A stretch of 54,241 nucleotides of DNA, counting the filler, from Sphacelaria rigidula (Eukaryota): assembly GCA_964200075.2 (NCBI GenBank). It is 5 parts of 5 records of this genome, joined end to end, with 100 filler letters (N's around TTAATTAATTAA, not from the genome) between each part and the next. Parts side by side here need not be neighbours in the genome. Positions count along the whole stretch, not along the records: positions 10,871 to 21,638 come from CAXNAA020005946.1; positions 21,739 to 32,506 come from CAXNAA020005947.1; 3 more parts are not named here. The stretch is one strand, 5' to 3'. Made by a program: the position numbers and the translations under genes. This document shows positions 11,646 to 23,935 of this stretch, piece by piece (positions within the stretch are counted from its first letter, which is position 1; the number at the start of each line of letters is the position of its first letter). Below the pieces are notes generated by a model. It was not told where the DNA came from. It did not search any database and saw nothing but the letters and a program-made list of their open reading frames with translations.

Positions 11646-12289
11646 AAGTGGTTGTTCTTCCAGCATGCCGTACGTATTGACTTGGTGCGGGAACGCACGT
11701 ACTATCCATTCGAAAATGTGAGTGCAAAAGAGGTACCACGCTACACAGCACAGCGCAGTACCGTACAACACGTGAGTTACGCCGACGTGGATGAAGACAA
11801 TCTCTTCGTTGTATTTTATTGAACCAACCACTTGAGGAACCACATACGGACAACTACAGTATGTGTCCTAAACAGCTATCAGGCGCACACGATGACGAGT
11901 CCTCAGATGGACATATCCGGACATTTCAAGGGTCAGCGTTGCCCGCTGCCCCGGTCTTGCACTATCTATCGTGCAGCCTACACCCAGGGTGTGGATAAAT
12001 GCCTGGAAATATCCCAAGAGAGTGTTGGGTCTGGCGAATACCCGGGGATCTACTCTCCCGAAAATTGTGTTGCGATGATCCGATCTCCAAGCTCTTCCCA
12101 AACTATTGGGTATATCTCCAAGCTCTGCCCAAACTATTGGGTATACAATCAGGTTCGATCGCAGTACTTTACCCCAAGTCTGGTTTTGTTGAGCACGATC
12201 TCGACACTCGACCCAAGTTTTGGGTACTTGGAGTTCGAGTTTTCAGAATACCCAAATGTAGGAAATACCCTACCTGACCAAAACACCCT

Positions 12290-12570
12290 TGAAATATCCG
12301 TCTAGTATATCTACATCCATCTAGGATATGGGACATTCGAGACGGATCTCCCATGATGGACATGCCATGTGGACCTTCCAAATGGAATCTGTATCTCAGA
12401 TGGATGGTCATATCTTCAATGAACATCCGAGATTGATGTTGACATTCCAGCAGGATGTTGACATCCCAGCTGGATGTTGACAATCCTAGATAGAAATGCT
12501 ATCTCACGTAGATATGATATCTCAGATGGATTTCCCAGGTGGGTGTGATATCCAGGATGGAGAATACACG
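12290..12570. repeat. GGATAT/CAGATGG-rich degenerate repeat (same family as 5880-6160)
   Basis: Motifs such as ATCTCAGATGGAT, CATCCCAG and GATATCCAGGATGG. Confidence 0.65.
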
Positions 12571-13170
12571 ATTAGCAAGGCTCCCCCGCTGGTAAAGGTG
12601 TTATTCCACGGCGAGTCAACCCCACGACAAGTTGGAACACCTCATTATCGTCGGTTTATTCGATATATGAACTGAGGTTCGTTTTCCTTCCCCGAGAAAT
12701 CGGTCAGAAACATACCGCACCTCATGTCCAGACCCATGTTTACATACCGTATCGGAGAGACGTACTAGTACCCTATCTCGATAGCACGGCAAATCCATCA
12801 CAGTTTAAGATAGACCCTTTGGAGTAAGGCGACGATACACACTACAGTAACGTAGATCGTACGCATGAACAACGCGATATCCTGTTGAACTGCTGATCAA
12901 GCTGCACCGTACTGTCCTGGCTGTACACTCGAGGGAACAGATCCACATGTATCCAGGCCACGTTCTCCCTTTCTCTCTTCCTCTCTCTCTTCGCTTGTCT
13001 GCGTTCAACGCACTCCAAAAAGTCATCATTCAATTTCTGCGCATTCTGTGAGACTGCAACGAAGGTGTTGGATGTACAAGTTCAAGCATGCGGACCTGTC
13101 GTCATCATAAATTGAGGTGATTTTACCACTTGGTCGCACAAGAGATTTCTCGGAAATATGTTATCTTGAA

Positions 13171-13208
13171 CTAATCCTAATCCTAACCCTAACCCCAACC
13201 CCAACCCC
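13171..13208 (-). repeat. Degenerate interstitial telomere-like (CCCTAA)n tract
   Basis: CTAATCCTAATCCTAACCCTAACCCCAACCCCAACCCC. Confidence 0.7.
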
Positions 13209-13623
13209 AGACCAAGGTAATGAGAACCCTCGGGCAGGGGGGGGGGTGCAAAGCGTTTTCTAGGCAACGTGTGGCGTTGGTAGACCTCAAAGCGGCGCCT
13301 GCGGCGCCAACTTCAAGGAAAAAACGCGCCCCGCGCACGCTAGGAGCACTTGAGACTGTCAACCATACATATATATAACAACCATATATATATATATATA
13401 TATAACCCACTGAAGATCAGAATATCGGTGTTCACACTCAATCGAATTAAAAAATCCGGGAAAGTTCCATCCGACCAAGTAGTAGACTCTACTGCATAAT
13501 TTTTGCAACAGCCGGAAAAACAACTGCAAGTAGGTAGATCTTGCACATAGCCATAATCTTAATCGTCATGACAAGCGTTCACTTGCTTTTCAATGGTGCG
13601 CAGCGCAGCGTAGGGGCGCGTAC

Positions 13624-16600
13624 CTCGAAGTCCTTGAGCTGCATCCGTGCCTGGGCCCTGCCGAATGACAGGGGAAATATTCACAAAAACGCAAAAATCG
13701 TATGGTACAAGGAACGCGTACGGAAAGAGAGGGAAAACGTCGGAAAACAAACGTCATTTTTTGGACCTTGACTAGAAGAAAAATGCACGTGGCATGAACA
13801 AGCAGGGTTGCCGTCCCATCTATAGTGCGACAATGCCATTCGTCAGTGGATCAACGGAAGGGTTCTCTCGAGATCAGTCATTCATCATGGCACATGTTTA
13901 CCCCACTCGGTCGCGAGGTTGTCGTTCGGAACAATGCATTTCGGAACAAAATATTTCAGAACAATATTAACCTTAGCAGTCTCATGAATGATCAGGGAAA
14001 GTGCGGGCGTCTTTCTTGACAGGGCGTGTGTGGGGCCAGGGGTCGTGAGGAATAACCGGGAATATGAATATTATCATGACAATTTAAATCATTTTGTTTG
14101 GATGACAGAAAGACCGCTCATGCTCGAACAGTATATAGAGTGATTTTTTGGTACGGTCTCGCGCCCAAGACGTCGACGATTGAAAATGGGAAAAAAAGAG
14201 CCACGGAATTATTCATTGTAAAGATCCGGATCGTTTCGACAGAGCGAAAACATCGAAGAGCGAGGATCGGAGGCTGTAGACTCGTAGCACCCCCAACGAC
14301 AGGTGAGCCTGTATCCCGTTCGGAATTGGTCGTAGACAAAACCTTTGTCTTTGAAATTCGTTTTGGGTTCTCATGACTCTCGAATCTTGAATTTTGGGAT
14401 CAAACAGAAACCGTGATGAGTCGTGGTAACATGAAAACCTAAAAGCATCGTTTTCAATCGAGAATACGAAGTTTAAACTTGTACTACTGTACACCAGCTC
14501 TACACCAGGGACTCAATCTGTGTTGAAGATGGACCAAAACTGGATACCATCCAAGAAGAAAATAAGAAAGGTTTTTTTGGAGCGATATTTTCACAGTATG
14601 GCACAGGTAGGCGTAATGATCGAACGCAGTACCCGTCGGCTTTTCGCCAATGCCAGCACATACGTCTTACGTCGATGTTCGTGCTGAGAACCGTGAGATG
14701 GAAGAGGGAAGCGATGTTTCTCAATAACGTCTCGATACATGTCATCACCCGCTTGCAGACGAAGAGACAGGAGGTCACAGATCCTAAGGGATGCGTCGGG
14801 ACGTCCTTGGTCGAGAGCATTCAGTCCCTACAGCTTTTGATCCCAGAGGCTTGGCCCCACAGAAGGGTAGAGCCGCAAGCATCCAGGCCATATTTTTGTT
14901 CTTCCCTCATTCAGAACAGTTACAAACTCCCGGATACAAGGATGCTGATAGATATTGAATAATAAACACAAAGTGGGGTTGGATTAAGGTGGCGAAAACC
15001 TGGTTCGGCAGCAAGGGGATAATGAACACCTTTGGGGTGGTATTTACCGTATCCATGTGAGTGATCTCTAGAAAAGTCACAAACTCCCGGATAAAATGAT
15101 GCTGATAGATATTGAATAATAAACACACAGTGGGGTTGGATTAAGGTGGCGAAAACCTGGTTCGGCAGAAAAGGGGGGAATAAACACCTTTGGGGGTGGT
15201 ATTTACCGTATCCATGTGAATGATATACATATCGCTTTTTCCCACTGTAGATCAAAACATGAGGGACGTGGACCGTGGAAAAACGACCGATCTCGTTCCC
15301 CCCAGGAGTGGAATTTAAGGCACCCCTCCTAAACATGCTCACTCAGCGGGAGATATCTCTCATTCTGTCCTACAACGTGCGAATGATGACGCCCCTGAAC
15401 ACACGCAAGGCATCACCATTACGCCCAAATCTCGACCTACAGATTTATGACGATCCCCTCTCTCCCCCTTTCTGGGGAGAAAACAAATGCCATCCTTTGG
15501 CCCAACACGCGCAGACAGTTCTCATTTCTTGTGGACTTGAACGGATAAATGGTGATGCCCCACAAGACGTGTGGCCATGTTTCGGTCGTTTGATCTCCAA
15601 AGTAGTTTATTCGAGTCCACGAATGCCGATGCATCATTACGCGTATCGATTCTTGGATATGGTTTCTCCCAGAGCAAAGATCCCCCAATTTTCTGTGGCC
15701 AAAGGGCCAGCGAGACGCGGGAAAAAAACAAAAAGAATAAAGGATTGTCTGTAGTAAGGGGCATCTGTCCACAACGACCAGTTTTCGGTTCCGAACCGAG
15801 TCTGAAAAATGTCAATCGGCACCACGAGGACCGCGACAAATACATGTGACACCAACACAACCGAGCCTTAACAAACACGCACAGACACCCGCTGCACAAA
15901 GCGCGCGATGTCCAGCACTATGTCTTGTTCATCTACACCCACTAAGTCTCTGTTTCACGTCAGTCCGTTCAGAATTGGAAGAGATTCGGCCGTGTAAGCC
16001 AAACAGTGATGTTTGCACTATAGTAGTGGGCGATTTAACTATTCATTTTCGGCATTTTGTGACTTTTCCGTAATTGGCGATTTTCTTCGGCTCTTTCCGC
16101 TTGCCACCGCTCATCACGTTGGGGATCTCAAAATATTTGTATTCCCTCGACATTCCAAGAAAACCAAATAATATATACCTAATTTTCAGTAACTTACGGG
16201 CTGACCAGTCATCGGGGGTCCTGCCACGTTTCAGCTCAGATTCTTACTTTTCGGTATTTTCGGCCAATCAAGCCTGTCCCGATCATATTTCTAGAGAAAT
16301 GTGTAGCTTGTTTTTTTTAATTATATCTATTCATTGCACTAGAGCCGGGAAACTGTGTTTCACGATCGGCAACACCCTCCTGATGAACGGGGTATTTACT
16401 CGTATCGCCCAATAACACGAACTAATGCTGACTTGGGCACTGTATTTCGAGGATGATCTGTTTGCTGAACCAAAATCTACCGATGCTAGCAATTTCGATT
16501 TCTATCGAAGAGTAGTAGGCGAGGAAGACCCCAAAACACCGCTGAATAGTTAGACCGCCCGCTACTGTAACACATCCGCACACGGTACCCTGAAGCTTCA

Positions 16601-19600
16601 GAAAATTCAACACCAAAGTTTGAAAACGCGCGTGCAGTACAGTCAGTACAGTCAGTATAGACAGTACAGACAGGACAGAATGTGTGACTGTGGTACGGCA
16701 GTGCCGTAGTAGCAGTACAGAACAGTGACACAACGTAGTGCAGCAGTAGTACAGAATAGTACAACATGCAGCACGTTACCAAAAGCAGTAGCAGTACCGT
16801 ACAGGGCAACATAACACAATAATAGTGCTGCGCGGGGCCCAAACGATGCTCAATCAGTTGTGTCTGCAAGATCGATCATTTGTTCACGCTTCAGACACCC
16901 CCAACTCCTATGCTCGATGTGCTGCCTCGCCCCTCCGCACGGACGGTGGGAGTAGTAGTGTACGGCCCCTCCTCATGCTGATCCTCTACTATCCCACCTC
17001 CCCTTGACACTCGATCGAGCTCTGCCGCCCGCAGTAGCGTGTGGGCGATGCGGAACAGCATTCGAATTGCTCACACGCTTCTTCTGCGCAGAGGGCGCCA
17101 TAGCGGCGACTGCCGCTCATCTGTATCATGGGCTGCCTTTACAGCCCAGGCATCTCGCTTGGTGGGTTGCCGTTGTGAGGTAGTGCAGCAGCGCAGGAAC
17201 CCTACTCTTTGAGCCATTGCAGATAACGCGGGGGTGCTGCACCCTGTTCGAGTTTTGGCGAGTGCTTAGTGTTCGGTCCCTTTTGGATGCATTTCACTAA
17301 CCACGACGGCACCAACACTTTGTGCGCTCGTGATCAACATGTTCTCAATCTTTTGACTGAGACCATTCACGAGGATTGGGATTTTTTAATGGATTGTCAA
17401 CATGCTGGAAATTTTCCACCTGGAAAATTTTTCAGCCGAAGTATCGCATGAGCTTCCCTTAACCCTTAGATCGCGAGGTTAGTCTTCTGTTGAATCGGCA
17501 TCAATTTCAAGGGAAACAAAGCATGCATGATGCAGATGAGACTACCCTCGCGGTCTAAGGGTTAAAAGCACGGTATTCGTACCGTGCACTGCTGTTGAGC
17601 AAAGTTAAGTACATGTCTTGTGCAGATGCGAAACTTTGACCCTTTAAAAAAAATGAGATGTCTTGATCTCATCAAAAAATCACATTGCCATCTCTTGCGG
17701 GGGAGTTGTCATGGGATTTTTAAAAACTCAAATCGGGCCAAGGCACCATGTGGGTATGTTCACATTATCCCACAGTGCGGGTGTACTTTTTGGCCCCATT
17801 TCTTTTAAATCCTGCGCACTTGCCTCACAAGGGATGATAATGATATCGGGATGTCTTGAAGCCAGAAAATTATCTCATTGCCATTTCTTATTGGGCAGCT
17901 GTCACAGGATTTATTTTTTTCAAAGGGCCAAAGCATCATGTGGATGTTTTCATGTAATCCTAAAAACACTTCCTGCTGATGCCAAAGCCCTCCCGGCCGT
18001 AGGCACCATGGCGCCAAATAATAGAGATCACGTTCATGCATCCTTCTTCCCACGACAAGACCAGGCCCACATAACGCACATCGGTCTTGCCCGCCGCGTC
18101 CCTGTCCCACGTTGACGTGTTCATGTGATCTACACAGCAATCTAGGCGTCCAAATAATCGCTTCCAACCTTCTTGGGCACTGTATACCCAGCGTGCGGGC
18201 GTACTTTTTGGTCCAACTTATTTCTTATCTTATGAAATTGCCCCGCAAGGGGTGATTTTGTGATATCTTTCAGTCTTTTCACATTCACTAATATAGAGGC
18301 CGTATACTGACAGGTTATCCCTCCAGACACATCGCGCCTGGGGTTTGGTAATGCTGAAACCAGTATATGTTACGTGATTCTGCCGGGGGGGGGAGGGAGG
18401 AGGGTCGGAGCAACCGTCTTGGTGACCCAAGGCGTGTCGTGCGCTGTGGGTCGAAATGATGATCAACAGCATCGCTCGCTTCAACCGGAACTGCTTTCCT
18501 GTCTGATGACAATAATAGAGGGTATGATCAAACCGCGGCGGAGGCAGCGGAAAATCTTTGTAGCATGGCCGTTTCACTCCGCTCTCTCATCAGTCGTCCT
18601 TCGCAGGAACACAGGTAACACGCACGGTTGAAGCTTCACCTATGTGAGGTTGCTGTTCTCGAGATTCGCTCGCCGTCTCGCACAAGACGTCGGCTTGAAG
18701 GCGAGCCGTGGCGAACTCTGTGTTTAACCAAGGGCCATTGTAAACCTGTTCGAGAGGAGAGCAAGGTCCCCTTACAAACAATTCCATAGCTTGCGTAGCC
18801 GATATCATGATAGACTGACCATCACGCGGGGCGGTTGCTTCTTTCTTCTACCATAATCAACTTGGAATTTGGTCGTTTTAGGCTTCTACGTGGATGTCTT
18901 GAGCATTCAGCAACTTTTACCTGGTCGAGTTACACGGAGCTTTTTACCGACTCACATACTCTCACTATTCGCATTGGATGTGCAATCGTGTCATGGATGG
19001 ATCGTTGTCATCCCAGCTGCCGAGGCATGGTTCGCGTGGTATAACCAGTGCAGTACGACCGGCCCGAAGCACATCGTGCCAACTCTGCCGTAAATTTGGG
19101 TAGCCCGGATACATTTTGTATATGAAGCGCTTCTGATCTACGCATTGCCACGGGTCCTTTGCCATCCGGATACCTCGGCCACGATACTTGCCTGTAGCGG
19201 CAGCTTTCCGTGCTGATGTAGTAACTTATTTTCCAAGGAGATGCCTCTCTCTAAGGAACTCATGCTGTGGAACATGACCGTTTCAGATGCAATTTGACGC
19301 TATTTAATGCGAAAGCGGGAGTTCCTAACCCTTTGCCGAGACCATAATACTGAAAGAGACCACGACTGTTGTGGGGGAATTCTCTCGAATTACTCCATTT
19401 CATGAAAAGTCGCACCTCCATAAGAGACGACGTGATTTTTTCAATCTAATGGAAGAATCTTCTTGATCTTCACGTCAGAAAAAGAAAAGAAACCGACCTC
19501 GAGAGAGAGTTTGATACAAAAATGGTCAACAAACTTATTTCGCAAGCACCCTGATTGATTGATTGATTGATTGATTGATTAATTGATTGATTACTATTGC

Positions 19601-20325
19601 ATCATATTTTGTCTCGAGTGAAGAGTAAGAATGCTCGGTTTTTTACTCTGGCCCGTACATTGAGGATCAACTTCTAGATAAGATGTCCTCTGTATTGGCA
19701 CAAGGACCGAAACATGGAGGCGAAGCTCGGTGTTCTAGAAAGATCTTTCACAGCCACCAGGACGTTACGACTCACAAACTGTTGGGTGACAAGCCGCTCA
19801 GTCAGCCACCAACCCCTCTCAAACTAACTCTCAACCAGAGGAGATCGGGTGCCCAAGTCGTAGCCATACGAGCGGAAACAGAGGCCAGTACTGTACTCCG
19901 CGGTACCGCGGAGTACCTCCGACCACTGCATAACAATCCTCCACCGTCGGGTGTGCCGTACCGTAATTGTCACTCTGTCCACCACGTCTCTATTCGTGTG
20001 CTATACTATCATATGCAACAATACACTCTTGAACGTGCAGTAGCGCTGCAATGTTTTTGTCGATTATTATAGTGCAGATAACCTACCTATTAGCATAATA
20101 CTTGGATCTGTGCGCCGACGCCGACGCCGACGGCTGTTGTTGCTCCTCCCCCCGGCCACTGGCAGCTGCCCTCAAAGCCGATGTGTAACGATCGCAGGCA
20201 GCCTCGAAACGCCCCTCACGATAGCACGTGTTCCCAGCCCTATTGGCATTCTCAGCAGCATCAACATCAACATCACCACCGCCATTACCACCACTTCCCG
20301 AGTTCATCGAGTTGGCCTCCAGCAC
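13624..20325 (-). CDS. TPR-repeat protein, partial (co-chaperone-type TPR N-terminus)
   Basis: Exon 20325-20087 (TAG acceptor, AG|GTAGGT donor; possible ATG at 20307) encodes AAENANRAGNTCYREGRFEAACDRYTSAL...RSKYYAN. The phase-matched 34-nt exon 13657-13624 (CAG|...GAG|GTACGC) continues R-AQARMQLKDFE, completing the canonical YxNRAxAxxxLxxF of TPR2. Downstream exons were not identified. Confidence 0.75.
14922..15219. repeat. Two-copy tandem duplication, ~157-bp period
   Basis: ACAAACTCCCGGATA...GTGGGGTTGGATTAAGGTGGCGAAAACCTGGTTCGGCAG...TATTTACCGTATCCATGTGA starts at 14922 and 15079. Confidence 0.9.
16630..16830. repeat. Degenerate (CAGTA)n-like low-complexity repeat
   Basis: Repeated AGTACAG and CAGTAG motifs; the opposite-strand equivalent lies at 26540-27260. 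Confidence 0.7.
17459..17565. mobile_element. piggyBac-type MITE (99 bp, 17463-17561) with TTAA target-site duplication
   Basis: TTAA at 17459-62 and 17562-65. 23-bp TIRs: left CCCTTAGATCGCGAGGTTAGTCT, right (reverse complement) CCCTTAGACCGCGAGGGTAGTCT, 2 mismatches. CCC...GGG termini in TTAA are the piggyBac hallmark. Confidence 0.85.
17660..18270. repeat. Degenerate internally repetitive element
   Basis: CATTGCCAT.TCTT...GGGCCAA.GCA.CATGTGG occurs twice (~17680 and ~17875). GTGCGGG.GTACTTTTTGG.CC...CAAGGG.TGAT occurs twice (~17775 and ~18193). Confidence 0.6.
19551..19593. repeat. (GATT)n microsatellite
   Basis: About 10 units of GATT with one variant. Confidence 0.9.
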
Positions 20326-21410
20326 CTACAGTTATCTGCTACTGCTGTAACGGCACCTCTTCCTAGAATCCAAGTTCCACCGCATTCGTAGGATACACTC
20401 GTGCCACCTTATTTCGAGAAGCCCTTCACGGGACTGTCCGCGAATCCGGTTCTGTAACACCGACAGGTTTGACAGTCCCGTGAGCAAGGCAAACTGCACC
20501 TCCCATTTCGCCGCAAGTCTTGCACAGCGATGGCGATAACGGCAGTGGGATATGGTGGTCCTCTCTCACACTATTATACGAACCCCATGACCCAGACTTT
20601 CGATGCTGCACTGGGCTCACGACATTTGCTAGCGGCGGCATGGCGCTGGTAGCATGCAACCCCTTCCATCCAGGCTGGATTGTTGCAATCAGCTAATGTG
20701 AGATAATCAATCAACCGATCAATCCGTTGTCGGGTCTACAAGGGAGACGTTGTCGCGGTTCGCCTGCCAGCAGCGGGCAGGGATGGACAGGATACGCTGG
20801 TGAGGGGCGGAAGACAATCAGGGTGTAAGCATTGGGGGTGAAGGCTGGCGTCATTGTGATGATTTTTTCGGGAGAAGGGGAGTGGCAATGGTGATGCTGG
20901 TTTGTGGGTACTCTCTGGCGTTAGGTGAGCATGTCTTCAACGTTGCCATGATCCTTTGGAAGCGGGAACATCGTAAGCTGTTGGATTTTTCTTGTAGCCA
21001 ACGGGCTTGTTTGGGCCGCTTTCTTTGGGTATGAATACTCGCAGAGTCTCTCTGGGCGATTCGACGCCCGAGTTCGGTGCTGAAGCGGGGCTTGGCGTAC
21101 TGTACGACGTCGCCGATACTTGCGGTAACCTCCGAGAGGAATCCCGCCCACTTCGCCGATCTTTCGCGCACATAGTTTAACTTTCAGGCGGACCACCGAT
21201 TTTTTGTACTAAAAGCTGGACCAGCTGACAGCTGACCGTGATTTGGAATGTTTTTTGGCCCGGTTGTGAAAAAATCGAGGAGTTGGGCGCTGAAAGTTTG
21301 ACACGACATTTTTATCATAGACACGCGCAACATTCCTCGAGATGCGAAGAAAAAAACAAAAATAGAAAGTCAGAGCGATTTAAAATTTCAGCAAAAACTG
21401 GAAAAGTGCC

Positions 21411-21498
21411 ATAAGGCCGCTTCTTGTAGACTGAAAAAAGTCTCTGAGAAAAATATTTAGGTCAGTCTCCAGAGACTTTTTTCAGAACGCGACCTTAT
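21411..21498. repeat. Short inverted-repeat (MITE-like) structure
   Basis: Perfect 16-bp IR CTGAAAAAAGTCTCTG (21431-46) / CAGAGACTTTTTTCAG (21470-85), with outer ATAAGG.CGC / GCGACCTTAT. Confidence 0.65.
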
Positions 21499-21638
21499 AG
21501 GGCCATTTTTCATTAAAAAAATCTCTGGAAACTGGCCACAATTTGCAGACAACGGGATTTTGACAAATCTCTCTGCGAAAAGCCATCGATTCGTAAAGAC
21601 TTTTCTCTGTCTAGGAATTGTCTTTCCATCACACATTC

Positions 21639-21738
21639 NNNNNNNNNNNNNNNNNNNNNNNNNNNNNNNNNNNNNNNNNNNNTTAATTAATTAANNNNNN
21701 NNNNNNNNNNNNNNNNNNNNNNNNNNNNNNNNNNNNNN
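21639..21738. other. Artificial contig linker
   Basis: N-TTAATTAATTAA-N, 100 nt. Confidence 0.98.
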
Positions 21739-22063
21739 ACCTTGCGAGTGAAAGCCACCGTGCTGGACAGCGCTGACACACACACGACTCGGCACCGGCT
21801 GATTTAGACCCACCCCCAGCCGCGTACATCTACTGGCAGTAAAGATCCTGCTGATACTGCTGCTGTTGCTTCTTCTCCTTCTCGTGCGGAACGCGATTAG
21901 AACGGCGCGTGATTTCTCGTGATGCTACAGAACTACTGTGTTGTTTGGTGTTGACTGTAGTAGTTTGTACTCCATACACCACTGCAAAAGTATCTTGTAT
22001 TGAGTGCACTACCCTGTACTCCATATAACGGCGTCATGTTTCGAGCAGTTTTTCAAAAAGTTA

Positions 22064-22327
22064 TGCTCGTTTTCCAAAACGTTATGCTCGTTTTTCTATA
22101 AGTATTCCGAAAAAAACGAGAGTGTTTTCTGTCACCGAAATCTTACGCCGAATCTGGTATAGCCTGAGACAACAACCAATTTGAAAATTGGAAACGTTCT
22201 GCTCGTTTTCCAAGAAGTTATCGTTTCTTGAAAAGTATTCCGAAAAAAACGAGAGTAATTTCTGTCACAGAAATCGAATGCCGAATCTGGAATAGCCTGA
22301 GACAACAACCAATTGGAAAATTGGAAC
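22064..22327. repeat. Two-copy tandem duplication, ~136-bp period
   Basis: TGCTCGTTTTCCAA...AAGTATTCCGAAAAAAACGAGAGT...GCCGAATCTGG.ATAGCCTGAGACAACAACCAATT.GAAAATTGGAA starts at 22064 and 22200. Confidence 0.9.
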
Positions 22328-23662
22328 AGGTCGCCATAATGTCATGAATATCAAAAACGTTTCTCCGATTACCACGTTGAATGCGTGCGTGCAGGGCACG
22401 CACCCGTCGCGATTTCGGATAATTGCACATCGGCGTTCATTGGCTTTCTTAATAAAAGTCCAACAACCAATTCTTCGGAATGCTAAACCTTTGATATGCA
22501 AGGTTGGTAATCATGGTCACGCAGTAACTTTTCAAATAAAAATGATGCTAATTCCACAAGCGCCTAAAAAGCTCTCTAGATCAAGAACTATACTCTCAGT
22601 CTAGCGACAATGTTGTTTCTGGCGTACCCGGCATTAAAATCCATGTTTTTGGAAGCCATTGGTTCGCCGAAAATGAAGGTTAATTGACGCAACATGGCGG
22701 TTTACCCTCAAACATTGGCCCGTGGGGCGCCCCTTCGAGGAGGGCTCCGGCGGCCTCGGAGGGGGACTTGTTTACCACTGACGGCGGTCATCGATCCGGT
22801 CGGAAAACTATTTTCCACTCAGGTCGGAACAGTGCTCACGGTGGCGAAACCGGCGCCTGTCTTCGTATCCTGCATTGTACGGTTTTTCAGAGTCGATTGC
22901 CTCGAGGAGTAAAACCCTGGGCCACCGATGAACCTCTTCCATCGAATGATTCCGACACACTTTTTTCAACGTCAACTTCCGGCGGCATGGTCAACGCAGG
23001 TCTCGAGAAAAGAGGCTTGCACTGTTGGGGTACTATATCCCATCAACAAAAAACAAGCTTCGGGTTAGCAAACGCTGGCCACAATCGTTTTTTTTCAACT
23101 TTCCCGTACTAGCGTACTTCTCCACAAGGTCTGTCTTTCATTGAAATGGAGCAGACGACGATAGGCACCGAAGCTGCTAGACATTCATTTGTACAAGAAA
23201 CCCCTCGCCAATGAGCATGGACGCCAGAAATGCACATGTTCTCTCTCAGAACGCAGACAGCATCCCCGATCGCATCGGTGGTTGTAAGAGATGAGTCAAA
23301 GCACCGCACGAGAAGACGAGGGCGCCCTGCCCATGAGAAGACAGCCCCTTCGTGCGAGTTAATGCTGATCTGCACTTTCTTTCATGAAGTCACTCTTCAC
23401 CGGATTCTCGTCGTTGCTCCTTTCGTGGGAATGTAAATCGTCATGCACACATCATATCCTTCCTTCTCCAAACAATTACGCATAATGCCCGTGCTTCACA
23501 TCTTCACCCAATTCCAATATGTGGCCCATACATAAACGGGCGCTTGCGCAGCGCTCTTGACCACGGTCCGAGTTGACAGATCTCAAATACAACCGCCCGT
23601 CGGCGACAGTCGCCCTCGGAGCTTGACGCAAGACAGCAGCAACCAACGAAAGTGCCAGTACG

Positions 23663-23935
23663 TCAAAACCCGTGTGGCCCAATAACATCCGCGTTATCTC
23701 TAAAACCTGCCCTGGCTAAGCTTCGCTGGTGTCGCGACACGCTTTCTGGGTCCATATTCCTCCCGTCCCAGTTGCTATGTCGCGCTTTCTGTCGCCTCCT
23801 AGCCTCCTCCCCGTTCAAGACCTTGCCGTCTCGGTAAACGGACGTCGTTGACCCCGCGCTGCCGACTTTTCGCTTAGGGGTTACGATGTTGAGATATCCT
23901 AGTGTTGATTCGGCTTCACGAACCAGTTTCTCTCT
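23663..23935 (-). CDS. Terminal exon of probable LYR-motif (Complex1_LYR-like) small protein
   Basis: Pyrimidine tract plus TTCAG acceptor, then 90 open codons to TGA: REKLVREAESTLGYLNIVTPKRKVGSAGSTTSVYRDGKVLNGEEARRRQKARHSNWDGRNMDPESVSRHQRSLARAGFRDNADVIGPHGF. It resembles the C-terminal half of stramenopile LYR-family proteins (from memory). It is absent from the ORF track. No intact first exon was found. Confidence 0.6.
   Translation of the reverse strand, partial: REKLVREAESTLGYLNIVTPKRKVGSAGSTTSVYRDGKVLNGEEARRRQKARHSNWDGRNMDPESVSRHQRSLARAGFRDNADVIGPHGF

Noticed and set aside
18600-19550. Decayed L1-like LINE 3' end (RRC...AVEHDRFRC, followed by (GATT)n) or Copia YVDD-like FYVDVL
   Set aside because: The motifs are too degenerate and frame-broken, and the microsatellite could equally be the tail of an opposite-strand element; not supportable without BLASTX.
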